From Nitrospiraceae bacterium (GTDB lineage Bacteria; Nitrospirota; Nitrospiria; Nitrospirales; Nitrospiraceae), in assembly GCA_050246315.1 (NCBI GenBank), contig JBFWWG010000003.1:160001-224000 (forward strand): a stretch of DNA of 64,000 nucleotides. Direction: 5' to 3'. Both the position numbers and the translations under genes were made by a program. The notes under the pieces are model-generated. The model saw only the letters and a list, made by a program, of their open reading frames with translations, did no database searches and was not told the DNA's origin. Positions 20,054 through 29,774 of this stretch are shown piece after piece (the stretch's first letter is position 1; each line of letters starts with the position of its first letter).

Positions 20054-21272
20054 CGTCTCAGCCGCACGGGTGATCGGCGGCGCCGAACGCATGTTACGGC
20101 AGCAGGCACTCGGCCTGGCTGAGAAGGGCCACCAGATCCAGCTCGTGACCAGGGCTCCGGAAGGCGATCCTCGTCTTTTCGTAAGAATCGGGCCGGTGCA
20201 GGAGCATCGGTTTGTCGTGTCAAGATCCAACGAACTGTCCTTCATCCTCTCCTCCATGCAACGGTCGGTCGAGTGCTTCGATCGAACTGTGGGGCTGGCC
20301 AGGCCGGACCTTGTGATCGTGTATCAATCAGCCGCTGGGATCGGACCCTTGCTGCGACGGGCGGACGTGCCGCAATCCTGGATCTATATGTGCCTCTCCC
20401 TGGCCCATGAAGAATATGTCTCGCGGGCGCCGCAGGCCGACGCGCCGGCGCAACAATTCAGACGGACGGCCAACAGCCACGCGCGTTTCCTGGTCGAGGA
20501 CTACGTCATGCATCGCTGCAGGCGAGTCGTCGTCATGAGCAAGTTTATGAAGGAGCGCGTGATGCATGCGCATCGGATTTCGCCGGACACAATCAGTCTC
20601 ATCCCCGGGGCGGCGGATCACGAACAATTTCGCCCTCCCGAGGATCGCATGCAGGTCCGCCGGTCCCTGGGGCTGCCGGAGGACCGAACGATCCTCTTCA
20701 CTCTACGGAATCTCGTGCCCCGAATGGGACTGGAACAGCTCATTGACGCAATGTCGCTCCTGGGCGAGGAGGGGAGGGATCTGCTCTTGCTCATTGGCGG
20801 CGAAGGTCCCTTGCACCAAGCTCTGTACGATCGGGTCCTCCAACGAGGCCTCGCCGATCATGTGCGGCTCTTGGGGTTTGTCCCGGAAGACCGACTCTGC
20901 CGCTATTATCAATGCGCCGATCTGGTTGTCATGCCGACCCTCGAGCTTGAAGGCTTCGGCCTGGTCACGGTCGAAGCACTCGCGGCCGGCACCCCGGTTC
21001 TCGGCACCCCGGTTGGAGCGTTGCCGGAGGTCCTCAGGCGGATTGATCCGTACCTGATCACGGATGGACCGGCAGCCTCTGATCTGGCCGATGGGCTGGG
21101 CCGATTGCTACGTCGGTTCCGAGAGCTTCCAGGAGAACAGGAGCGCTTGGCGAGAAAAGGGCGCCGCCTCATCGAGCAGGAACTGAATTGGCCCAGGCAG
21201 ATCGACGCCCTCGCGTCGTTGCTTGCCGAACATGGGAGAGGCGATCGCGCAACCGACCGTCGCGCCGCTTGA
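20031..21272 (+). CDS. glycosyltransferase family 4
   Basis: IGGAER, LEGFGLVTVEALAAGTPV. Confidence 0.9.
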   Translation: MNILLLADVSAARVIGGAERMLRQQALGLAEKGHQIQLVTRAPEGDPRLFVRIGPVQEHRFVVSRSNELSFILSSMQRSVECFDRTVGLARPDLVIVYQSAAGIGPLLRRADVPQSWIYMCLSLAHEEYVSRAPQADAPAQQFRRTANSHARFLVEDYVMHRCRRVVVMSKFMKERVMHAHRISPDTISLIPGAADHEQFRPPEDRMQVRRSLGLPEDRTILFTLRNLVPRMGLEQLIDAMSLLGEEGRDLLLLIGGEGPLHQALYDRVLQRGLADHVRLLGFVPEDRLCRYYQCADLVVMPTLELEGFGLVTVEALAAGTPVLGTPVGALPEVLRRIDPYLITDGPAASDLADGLGRLLRRFRELPGEQERLARKGRRLIEQELNWPRQIDALASLLAEHGRGDRATDRRAA

Positions 21273-21283
21273 GCAAAATCCAA

Positions 21284-22495
21284 ATGATCCCCTATCCCGT
21301 CATCCATGTCATTACCAGGCTGGACTACGGCGGTTCCGCCGAAAACACCATGCTGACCATGATGGGCGAGGACCGGACTCGTTTTCGGCCGATGCTCGTC
21401 ACCGGTGATCCGAATCGTTGGTCCGCACAAGGAGGGATGGAGGCGACCTGGCAACAGGGGCATCGACTCAATCAGGCGAGGGTACCCTGGATTATTCTCA
21501 AGGACCTCGTGCGGCATCCAAGCCCGATCCGCGATCTTAAGACACTCTGGACCCTCTATTGTCTTTTTCGCCGCACAAGGCCGACCATCGTCCATACCCA
21601 TACGTCCAAGGCCGGCGCGCTCGGCCGAATGGCTGCCTGGCTGGCGTCCGTGCCGGTGATCATCCATACGCCCCACGGGCATGTGTTCTACGGACACTTC
21701 AGCCGCCCCGTCTCCTGGTTATGCCTGCAGATTGAACGAATCCTCGCCCTCCTCACCACGCATCTGATCGCCCTGACCACGGCCGAACGACAGGACCACA
21801 TCATTCGCCGAGTCGGACGGGCGGAGGATTGGACGGTCATCCCGAGCGGAATCGATCTCGCACGCTTTCGCTCGATTCAGCCCAGAGCTGACCAACGGCC
21901 GGCCTTGTTGGATTGCCCCGTTGATTCCACCGTGGTGGGAACGGTCGGGTGGTTGACCGAAGTGAAGGGTCATCGCCGCCTCATCGAGGCCTTGGCCCGC
22001 CTTGCGCCCGCCAGGCCTTCGTTGTACCTGGCGATTATCGGCACCGGTGAATTGTATGATTCCCTGGTGGCGTTGGCCAAGCATTTGGGCATCGGCGATC
22101 GGGTCAGGTTTCTCGGCCACCGCCACGATGTCGCCGAATGCCTCGCTTCTCTGGATCTGTTTGTGTTTCCTTCTCAGAACGAAGGGATGGGCCGGGCTCT
22201 GATCGAAGCCATGGCCGCGGCACTCCCGGTGGTGGCCACCAGCGTCGGGGGGATCCCGGGCATCATCGAACACGGCCGCACGGGTCTGTTGGTTCCGCCG
22301 GACGATGGCGCGGCGCTGGCCGCCGCGATGGCCGAGCTGCTGGACGACCGGGTACGGGCGAGAGCGATAGGACAGGCCGCACGCGAGAGCGTCGGCGTGG
22401 AATTCAACGTCGCCAACATGGTCAGGGCTATCGAGTCCGTGTACACCCATTGCCTACAACCGCCATCCTGGCCTCGGACTGTCACCAGTCCGTGA
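21284..22495 (+). CDS. glycosyltransferase family 4
   Basis: VITRLDYGGSAE, VHTHTSKAG, HTPHGH, EGMGRALIEAMA. Confidence 0.9.
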   Translation: MIPYPVIHVITRLDYGGSAENTMLTMMGEDRTRFRPMLVTGDPNRWSAQGGMEATWQQGHRLNQARVPWIILKDLVRHPSPIRDLKTLWTLYCLFRRTRPTIVHTHTSKAGALGRMAAWLASVPVIIHTPHGHVFYGHFSRPVSWLCLQIERILALLTTHLIALTTAERQDHIIRRVGRAEDWTVIPSGIDLARFRSIQPRADQRPALLDCPVDSTVVGTVGWLTEVKGHRRLIEALARLAPARPSLYLAIIGTGELYDSLVALAKHLGIGDRVRFLGHRHDVAECLASLDLFVFPSQNEGMGRALIEAMAAALPVVATSVGGIPGIIEHGRTGLLVPPDDGAALAAAMAELLDDRVRARAIGQAARESVGVEFNVANMVRAIESVYTHCLQPPSWPRTVTSP

Positions 22496-24090
22496 TCATT
22501 GTGGTCATGATGGACGGGTCGCTTGGACAAAATCGGACTCGGCCGAGAGCCTGGTCTCCCGTCTTGTTCGGTCTTGGCCTGGTCATGGCATTGAGCTGGT
22601 CTCCGAGCACCTCCGTTTCGGCCGAAGAGCCGATTCAACTCTCGGTCGCGGTCCATGTTCACAGCGAGGCCAGCACCGGCACACTCTCGCTGGAGTCGAT
22701 CGCACAGAGAGCCGAACAACTTGGCCTCGACGCCGTCATCTTCACGGAGAACTTGGTCCTTCGATACGAGTATGGACTCCCGCCGTTTCGCAGTCTCCTT
22801 CGGTTTGTTCGAGAATTTCCTTCCCTGATCGACTACGGCATCACGCGTTACGTTGCCGAACTCAATGATGTGCAATCGCGGCACCCCGCAGTCATCCTCG
22901 TCCCCGGCATCGAAGCCGCGCCCTATGCCTACTGGACCGGCTCCCTCTGGTCCGGCGACCTGACCCTGCACGATACCCAGAAGAATCTCTTGGTCTTCGG
23001 CCTGAAAGACCCAGCCCACTATCGACAGCTTCCCGCAATCGGCAATCCGGCTGCCTATCATGTCACCGCAGAGGCGGTGATGGTGCTGGTGCTGCCGCCG
23101 CTGCTCATGACGCTGGCGACCGTGATGGGATTGAGGGACCGACGCGCGCTCCGCGAGGGCCTCGTCGCTCGTCTGAGCCGCCCGAGGCTGGTGGCCATGT
23201 GCAGCTCCGCAGCGGTCGGCGCGACGCTGCTCTGGGCCGCTTGGCCTATCGGCCGACCTCCCTATCCCATCTATGACAGCGGGCAGGGCTACCGCCCGTA
23301 CCAACAGTTCATCGAGGCGGCGCGCGACGCCGGAGGATTGATCTTTTGGTCGATGGTCGAAGCGCGGGATCACGAGATCCATTCGTTCGGACCGTTGGGC
23401 GATGTGACTGTGACGACCGAACCCCATCCGGACGCGTTGATCCTGACCGACCACTATACCGGGTTCGGCGGACTCTACCAGGAAGCCCATCGCGCGATTC
23501 AGCCGGGACAGATCTGGGACCGGACCATCGAACTCTTTCTCCGCGGCGAACGACCGGCACCTCCCGTAATGCTCGGCGAAATCGCCTTTCATGCCCCGGA
23601 CCATGCAGGCAAGGATCTCGATCAAGTCTTGTCGATCGTCTCAGTGCGAAGCCGGACGACGGATGCGTTGTTGAGTGCCCTGCGAACGGGCAACCTCTAT
23701 GCCGTCGAGCGTCGGAAGAAGGAGTTCGCTCTCCGTCTGGAGACCTTTCGGATAGAATGCGACGGGGGGCGCCGTCATGCCTCGATGGGGGAGATCCTTG
23801 ATCCGGAAGGTCAGCGCGACGTGGTGATTCGAGCTTCGATTTCGGCAACGGATCGGCAAGCCCATCCCATTACCGTCACTCTCATCCGGTCAGGGGAAAC
23901 CTTGTCGCGACAGTCCGGCACCACCCCGCTCACGATCGACTTCCCGGACAAGACCGCGCCGGCCGAACGGTGGCTGGCCTATCGCATTCTGGTCGAAGGG
24001 GAGGGAGAACTCGTCAGCAACCCCGTCTTCGTCGGACCCATGCCTTCGACACAGCTCGCCACGACCGCTTCCGGCGAGGCACGCTTGTGA
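22492..24090 (+). CDS. PHP-domain (CehA/McbA-like) metallohydrolase with signal peptide and two internal TM helices
   Basis: VHVHSEASTG, IFTEN and PGIEA PHP motifs; hydrophobic insert ~23070-23250; C-terminal YRILVEG..LVSNPVFV; exact start uncertain (GTG 22492 / ATG 22508). Confidence 0.65.
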   Translation: MIIVVMMDGSLGQNRTRPRAWSPVLFGLGLVMALSWSPSTSVSAEEPIQLSVAVHVHSEASTGTLSLESIAQRAEQLGLDAVIFTENLVLRYEYGLPPFRSLLRFVREFPSLIDYGITRYVAELNDVQSRHPAVILVPGIEAAPYAYWTGSLWSGDLTLHDTQKNLLVFGLKDPAHYRQLPAIGNPAAYHVTAEAVMVLVLPPLLMTLATVMGLRDRRALREGLVARLSRPRLVAMCSSAAVGATLLWAAWPIGRPPYPIYDSGQGYRPYQQFIEAARDAGGLIFWSMVEARDHEIHSFGPLGDVTVTTEPHPDALILTDHYTGFGGLYQEAHRAIQPGQIWDRTIELFLRGERPAPPVMLGEIAFHAPDHAGKDLDQVLSIVSVRSRTTDALLSALRTGNLYAVERRKKEFALRLETFRIECDGGRRHASMGEILDPEGQRDVVIRASISATDRQAHPITVTLIRSGETLSRQSGTTPLTIDFPDKTAPAERWLAYRILVEGEGELVSNPVFVGPMPSTQLATTASGEARL

Positions 24091-24794
24091 AAGTCACCAT
24101 CCATCAGCCGCAATTCTTGCCCTGGCTGGGCTATCTGGACAAGATCGCCCGCGCCGATCTGTTCGTCGTGCTGGATCAGGTTCAGTTCAAGAAACAGGAG
24201 TGGCAGAACCGAAACCGAATCAGGACGGCCTGTAAGTGGCAGTGGCTGACGGTGCCCGTGCTTCAGCGATTCGGTCAGCGCATCGACGAGGTTCGTGTGA
24301 ACCGGCAAGTTGATTGGCGACGCCAGCACCTGCGCGCCTTGACCATGCACTACGCGAAAGCTCCCTATCAGAACCATGTCTTGGCCGGGCTGCGGTCGCT
24401 CTATGAGGCCGATTGGGAGCGGCTGGTCGATCTCAACCTGGCCGTTCTCCGTTGGCTGATGGAGACGTTTCACATCACGACACCGATCCGATTGGCATCC
24501 GAGCTTTCCGCGCGGAACCATCCGACCGATCGATTGATCGACATCTGCCGCGCGGTAGGAGCTTCCACGTACCTGGCCGGACCCGGTGCCGAACAGTATT
24601 TGGATCGCCCCCGCTTCGAGGCCTCCGGCTTGGAACTTGAGCTGCAACGGTTCCGCCACCCGGTCTATGCCCAATGCTATCACCCATTCATTCCCGACAT
24701 GAGCGCCCTGGACCTGCTGATGATGGAGGGCCGATCCGGCTTCCGCACACTCGTGGGTGAAGATCCGGTGCGCGGAGGCATGCAGTATGCGTAA
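24087..24794 (+). CDS. wbqC: WbqC-like protein
   Basis: IHQPQFLPWLGY, LDQVQF..WQNRNRI, MSALDLL. Confidence 0.9.
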   Translation: MKVTIHQPQFLPWLGYLDKIARADLFVVLDQVQFKKQEWQNRNRIRTACKWQWLTVPVLQRFGQRIDEVRVNRQVDWRRQHLRALTMHYAKAPYQNHVLAGLRSLYEADWERLVDLNLAVLRWLMETFHITTPIRLASELSARNHPTDRLIDICRAVGASTYLAGPGAEQYLDRPRFEASGLELELQRFRHPVYAQCYHPFIPDMSALDLLMMEGRSGFRTLVGEDPVRGGMQYA

Positions 24795-24843
24795 TGGTAT
24801 CGCATGATTCCGTCGCCATAAACGAGGAGAAGCAATTACTTCC

Positions 24844-25506
24844 ATGACCCCGTCGGTGATCCTTCCACCCGGCAACGGCCAAGCGAACGCCATGCGACTC
24901 CTGGCCATCGGTGCGCACCCGGACGACATCGAGGCCGGTTGCGGAGGCACCCTGATCAAGTACGCGAAGAACGGGCATCGCGTGTTTCTCATGGTGATGA
25001 CGGAAGGGGAGTTGGGCGCGTCGCGCGGTATTCGGCGCCAAGAGCAACAACGTGCGGCCAAGGCCCTACGCGCAGAGCATCTGTATTGGGGTGGATATCG
25101 CGACACCCAGTTGCCGGGCGGCCGGAGCCTCATTCAGAAGCTCGAGCGGATCGTCAAGACCGTCCAGCCCCATTTCATCTTCGTCCATTACTTCGACGAC
25201 ACGCATCAGGATCATCGGCACTTGGCCGAAAGCACGATCACCGCCACTCGCTACACCAAAAACGTGTTGTTCTACGAAGGCCCGACCACTCAAAATTTTT
25301 CACCCACGGTCTTCGTGGACATCGACGAAGTCTTGGAAGACAAGATCGGATCGATCCGCACCCACGCATCACAAGTGGCCAAGACCAATATTGAAGGGTT
25401 GTCGATCGTCGATATCATCCGTTCGGCAGCGCACTTTCGTGGCATTCAAGGTCGTGTGCGCAACGCGGAGGGCTTCGTGCCGCTTCGGCTGTTCATCAAT
25501 GTGTAG
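24844..25506 (+). CDS. PIG-L/LmbE family N-deacetylase
   Basis: AHPDDIE and HQDH motifs; real start may be ATG 24892. Confidence 0.9.
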   Translation: MTPSVILPPGNGQANAMRLLAIGAHPDDIEAGCGGTLIKYAKNGHRVFLMVMTEGELGASRGIRRQEQQRAAKALRAEHLYWGGYRDTQLPGGRSLIQKLERIVKTVQPHFIFVHYFDDTHQDHRHLAESTITATRYTKNVLFYEGPTTQNFSPTVFVDIDEVLEDKIGSIRTHASQVAKTNIEGLSIVDIIRSAAHFRGIQGRVRNAEGFVPLRLFINV

Positions 25507-25524
25507 GAAACTCTGGGAGCAAGA

Positions 25525-26622
25525 ATGATCCCTCACTCCAAACCCTCTCTTGAACCGGTTGACGAAGAGGCCGTGATGGACGTGCTGCGCTCCGGCCAGA
25601 TCGCGCAGGGTCCGATGGTCGCCCGCTTCGAGCAGCAGATGGGGGAGTTTCTCGGTCTCCAGGGCGGCGTGGCGGTCAATTCCGGCACGATGGCGATCGA
25701 GCTGGCACTCCGTGCACTCCACATCGGCGAGCATGACGAGGTCATCGTGCCCAGCTATGTCTGCTCGGCCCCATGGCAAGCCATCACACGCGTTGGGGCC
25801 AGGCCCGTCTTGGCGGACATTGATCCAGAGACCCTGAATATCGACCCGGCCTCCGCCCGGCTGGCGCTCACGACCAAGACACGGGCTATTCTCGTGCCGC
25901 ATCTGTTCGGCCTGCCGGCCGATCTCGACGCCTTGCAACAGTTGGGTGTACCGCTTATCGAAGACTGCGCCCAGACGCTGGGATCAACGGTGGGAGGTCA
26001 ACGGGTTGGATCGGTCGGGACGCTGACGGTTTGCTCATTTTATGCCACCAAGCTTCTCTGCGCCGGCGAAGGAGGCATGGTCTTGTCCAACGACACGACT
26101 CTGCTGGAACACATCCGCCAATTCCGCGAGTACGACGAGCGTCCTGTGCTGACCTTGGGGTCGTCCAACCTCAAGATGTCGGATCTCCATGCGGCGCTCG
26201 GATGCTCGCAACTCCGGCGGCTTCCCGAGTTCATTTCCAGACGCCGCCGGATTGCGGAGGTCTATAGCCGCGCCTTGCCCAACAACCCGGCCGGCGAGCG
26301 GTTGATCGGTCCTTCCGTCCCGCTCGGCCGTACGCATGCCTATTTTCGGTACGTCCTGCGCGTAAAGTCCGATGCGCCCGGCGTTGAGGCGGCCGATCTG
26401 GCAGATTCATGGTTGGCTCGGTTTCATGCCGCGGGTCTTCAGGCGCGTCGCCCCGTGTTTCGCCCTCTGCATCACTACTTAGGACACAAGGGGTTCCCCG
26501 CAAGTGAGGACGCCTATCGAACCACCCTGTCGCTCCCGATCTATCCCGCCATGACCGAGGAGACTTTGCGCCGTTGCCTTGCGACAATCCGGGAGGTCTG
26601 TGGTGAAATCGATCGAGCTTGA
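25525..26622 (+). CDS. DegT/DnrJ/EryC1/StrS PLP-dependent sugar aminotransferase
   Basis: NSGTMA, IEDCAQ, SFYATKLL (PLP lysine), LSLPIYP. Confidence 0.92.
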   Translation: MIPHSKPSLEPVDEEAVMDVLRSGQIAQGPMVARFEQQMGEFLGLQGGVAVNSGTMAIELALRALHIGEHDEVIVPSYVCSAPWQAITRVGARPVLADIDPETLNIDPASARLALTTKTRAILVPHLFGLPADLDALQQLGVPLIEDCAQTLGSTVGGQRVGSVGTLTVCSFYATKLLCAGEGGMVLSNDTTLLEHIRQFREYDERPVLTLGSSNLKMSDLHAALGCSQLRRLPEFISRRRRIAEVYSRALPNNPAGERLIGPSVPLGRTHAYFRYVLRVKSDAPGVEAADLADSWLARFHAAGLQARRPVFRPLHHYLGHKGFPASEDAYRTTLSLPIYPAMTEETLRRCLATIREVCGEIDRA

Positions 26623-27766
26623 TCCAGCCCTCTCTCCTCCGACGACGACCTTCCATTGGACCGGCGCCGCGAGTCTCACCGGATTGGCGTTCGCCGCCCT
26701 CTTGCTGACACCAGCCGTTCATGCCTGGTTTATCGAGCAGGGGGAACGATGGCTCTACATCCTGTTGCTGGCCTTTTGGTGCAGTTTCACCGTGACTCCC
26801 ATTGCAGCCTGGGCCGGACATCGCTGGGGTTTGGTGGATGTCCCGGCGGCCCGCAAAATTCACCGGCATGCCACTCCGCGCACAGGCGGTGTCGCCGTGT
26901 ATGTGGCCATGTTGCTCGCCCTGCTGATGAATTCGATCCTGGTCGGATGGATGGCGGCGATCCTGATCGCCGGCTCATTATTGTTCACCCTCGGCCTGCT
27001 CGACGATGCCCGCGAAGTGCCGGCGGGCGTCAAACTCCTCGTGCATATTCTGGCGACCGGTCTCGTCATGGGGTCGGGAACCGTGTTGACGCTCTTTCCT
27101 TCGTCTCCTCTGGGAGATGCCCTCAATCTGGCGCTTACCCTCCTGTGGATCGTCGGCATCACCAGCGCGTTTAATTTTTTCGACGGCATGGACGGCCTGG
27201 CCACCGGCCTCGCGGTGCTGATCGCCGGATTCATGGGATTCGTGGCCTTCGACACCGATCAGCCCGGATTGGGCTGGTTCGCCGTGGGCATCGTCGGAGC
27301 CTCCCTAGGATTTCTTCCATACAACTTCCGTCCCGGCCGTTCGGCACTGATTTTTCTCGGCGACTGCGGATCGACCTTCCTGGGCTTCACCCTGGCTTGC
27401 CTCGCGGTGAAAGGCAACTGGGCGGATCAGAATCCCATCGTTTCCTTCAGCAACCCGCTGTTGATCTTCGGTGTGTTGATCTACGACATGGTCCACATCA
27501 CGATCGCGCGTATTGTTACGGGTAAGATCACCTCCCTGCGCTCGTGGTTGGAATACGTCGGAAAAGACCACCTTCACCATCGCCTGGAACGGGTGCTCGG
27601 AAGTCGAGTCGCCAGCGTGATGTTTATCTACGGCCTCACCATCTCCCTCGGTCTCGCCGCCATTGTCCTCCGAAAAGCCGACACGGTTGAAGCGCTGCTG
27701 CTGCTTGGACAGGCAACCATGATCATTCTCATGGTCACCGTGCTGGAGCAGCGCACTCGCGGATAA
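26603..27766 (+). CDS. wecA: undecaprenyl-phosphate GlcNAc-1-P transferase (WecA/MraY family)
   Basis: RKIH..TPRTGG, GLLDD, NFFDGMDGLA, IFLGDCGS, HLHHRL. Confidence 0.88.
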   Translation: MKSIELDPALSPPTTTFHWTGAASLTGLAFAALLLTPAVHAWFIEQGERWLYILLLAFWCSFTVTPIAAWAGHRWGLVDVPAARKIHRHATPRTGGVAVYVAMLLALLMNSILVGWMAAILIAGSLLFTLGLLDDAREVPAGVKLLVHILATGLVMGSGTVLTLFPSSPLGDALNLALTLLWIVGITSAFNFFDGMDGLATGLAVLIAGFMGFVAFDTDQPGLGWFAVGIVGASLGFLPYNFRPGRSALIFLGDCGSTFLGFTLACLAVKGNWADQNPIVSFSNPLLIFGVLIYDMVHITIARIVTGKITSLRSWLEYVGKDHLHHRLERVLGSRVASVMFIYGLTISLGLAAIVLRKADTVEALLLLGQATMIILMVTVLEQRTRG

Positions 27767-27780
27767 ACAGCGGCCGAACT

Positions 27781-27836
27781 GTCATCCGTCATCGGTCATT
27801 GATCATTCATGACTGGCGACCGATGCCCCATGACGA
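27781..27836. repeat. 7-bp-period tandem repeats arranged as an imperfect palindrome
   Basis: GTCATCC GTCATCG GTCATTG ATCATTC followed by ATGACTG GCGACCG ATGCCCC ATGACGA. Confidence 0.7.
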
Positions 27837-27866
27837 GTCCTCCCCCGTCCTGTTACAATCGCCTCC

Positions 27867-28886
27867 ATGGTTCCGACGGTGGAATGGAAAGACGGCGTCG
27901 TCCGCCTGCTGGATCAAACCAGGCTCCCGCTCCACGTAAACTTCCTCGACTGCAAGGACTACTTTGCCGTCGCTCAAGCCATACGAGAACTCCGCGTGCG
28001 CGGAGCTCCCGCCATCGGCATCACCGCCGCGATGGGAGTGGCCCTTGGAGCTCAGGCCCTCCTAGCCTCCGGATTCGACCGGTTTCGGGGAGAACTCTGG
28101 ACCATTTGCGACCATCTGGCTGCGACAAGGCCGACCGCCGTCAATCTCTTCTGGGCCATCGAGCGGATGAAGCGGGTAGTGGATCGACACCAGGGCAAAC
28201 CGATTCCCGATATCAAACGGGCCTTGATCGAAGAATCTCAAGCGATCCTCGAAGAAGATATCCAAATGTGTAAAGACATTGGACATCACGGTTCTTCGTT
28301 GATCGAGAGCGGTCAGACCATCCTGACCCACTGCAACGCCGGCGCGCTCGCGACCGGGGGATATGGGACTGCGCTGGGAGTCGTCCGCGCGGCCTGGGAA
28401 CAGGGGAAAAAGATTCGCGTGATCGCCGACGAAACCAGGCCGGTGCTTCAGGGGGCCAGGCTCACGGCCTGGGAACTCATGCAGGACGGCATTCCCGTCA
28501 CGTTGATCACCGACAACATGGCGGGCGCCTTGATGAGGCAGGGCAGGATTGACCTCTGCGTGGTCGGCGCCGACCGCATCGCCGCGAACGGGGATGTCGC
28601 CAACAAGATCGGGACCTACTCCGTCGCGGTGCTGGCCAAAGCCCACAACATTCGATTCTATGTCGCAGCCCCGTCATCCACCATCGATTTGAACACCGCA
28701 TCGGGCGACAAGATTCCGATCGAGGAGAGGAATACGGAGGAAGTGCGGACCGCGCTCGGCAGCACACACCTCGCGCCACCAGAGGTCGAGGTCTACAATC
28801 CCGCCTTCGACGTCACTCCGGCCGACCTCATCACCGGCATCATCACGGAGCGGGGAGTGGTGGAGCCCTCACGGCTCGTGCCCTAG
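27867..28886 (+). CDS. mtnA: S-methyl-5-thioribose-1-phosphate isomerase
   Basis: [52 protein letters not shown]. Confidence 0.95.
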   Translation: MVPTVEWKDGVVRLLDQTRLPLHVNFLDCKDYFAVAQAIRELRVRGAPAIGITAAMGVALGAQALLASGFDRFRGELWTICDHLAATRPTAVNLFWAIERMKRVVDRHQGKPIPDIKRALIEESQAILEEDIQMCKDIGHHGSSLIESGQTILTHCNAGALATGGYGTALGVVRAAWEQGKKIRVIADETRPVLQGARLTAWELMQDGIPVTLITDNMAGALMRQGRIDLCVVGADRIAANGDVANKIGTYSVAVLAKAHNIRFYVAAPSSTIDLNTASGDKIPIEERNTEEVRTALGSTHLAPPEVEVYNPAFDVTPADLITGIITERGVVEPSRLVP

Positions 28887-28955
28887 CCGCGGGTGATCTC
28901 GATAACTGGAATTTCTCTCCTTTCGAGGTATCTGCGGCTGTGACAGATGTTAAAG

Positions 28956-29027
28956 TTGAGACCTGACCCTTTCTACTCTCTTTCTACTCTTTCTCTTTCT
29001 TTGACTTTCTACTCTTTCTACTTTCTA
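28956..29027 (-). repeat. GGGTCAGGTCT-type (REP-like) motif with adjacent stuttered TTTCTAC(TC) repeats
   Basis: TTGAGACCTGACCC followed immediately by TTTCTACTCTC TTTCTACTC TTTCTC TTTCT TTGAC TTTCTACTC TTTCTAC TTTCTA. Confidence 0.75.
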
Positions 29028-29099
29028 TGTTGGTCTGTCGGCCCCGATCTAGCCGGAGGGATGGTCGAAACGGTCGATCAGCTCCACCACCGCGTGTGA

Positions 29100-29438
29100 T
29101 CAGTAGGCGTTGTGCGGCACTTGTACCTGATACTCGTGAGCCAACTGATCGGCTTTCTGGGCCTGTAGCGCATAGGTTCTGGCCAGGTCTTGACTCTGTC
29201 TTGCTGCCTCGGAATCCGAACCCAGCGCTTGGGCTCGCATCTCCGCCTCACGAGCGTAGCGGTCGGCCATGACGTTCAGCTCGGCTGCCTGCTGACGATA
29301 ATGAAACATCAGATCCTGCATGCAGTGATGATCCGCTCCACAAGCCGCTCGTACGGCATCAGGCCCTTCACTCGAACAGGCGGCTACGAGGCCGACCAGA
29401 CAAAGCAGTGCACCCGAGGCCAAATAGCGGGATATCAT
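29100..29438 (-). CDS. hypothetical lipoprotein
   Basis: Lipobox LVAAC; helical Ala/Gln-rich body; AGGAGG RBS upstream on the minus strand. Confidence 0.7.
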   Translation of the reverse strand: MISRYLASGALLCLVGLVAACSSEGPDAVRAACGADHHCMQDLMFHYRQQAAELNVMADRYAREAEMRAQALGSDSEAARQSQDLARTYALQAQKADQLAHEYQVQVPHNAY

Positions 29439-29634
29439 CGTGCACCTCCTGATTCCGACCAGTGAGATCGCCCAGCATCAAGACTCCTACCAGCGCGGCG
29501 CGCCGATAGGAGTCATCAGCCGGACATCCCGGCGTACTCAGGTGAATCCCATCACATCTATTCTGCTCTAGTTCAATTCACCAACTCTTATAGCCTTTAT
29601 CCGCTTTTCTCAGAAGTCATCACCTTTCCTCAAG

Positions 29635-29650
29635 AGCAATCCCTAGGCCG
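29635..29650 (-). promoter_or_regulatory. possible sigma54 promoter for the lipoprotein gene
   Basis: Minus strand CGGCCTAGGGATTGCT = GG-N10-GC with TTGCT, ~200 nt upstream of the start. Confidence 0.4.
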
Positions 29651-29774
29651 TGACCCTCCCCAACAGAATCAATGCAGTGCTTTCAGTGGTTCGCAATCTG
29701 GAGCTATTTCGCACCGTTCCATCTGTGCGCAAACGCTCCCATAGACATCGTCCTGATTCCAGCGAGGTATGAAC

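Noticed and set aside
27867..28886. mtnA as part of the methyltransferase-rich operon
   Set aside because: Class I methyltransferases yield SAH, not MTA; mtnA has its own promoter-like -10 and is separated by a repeat hairpin
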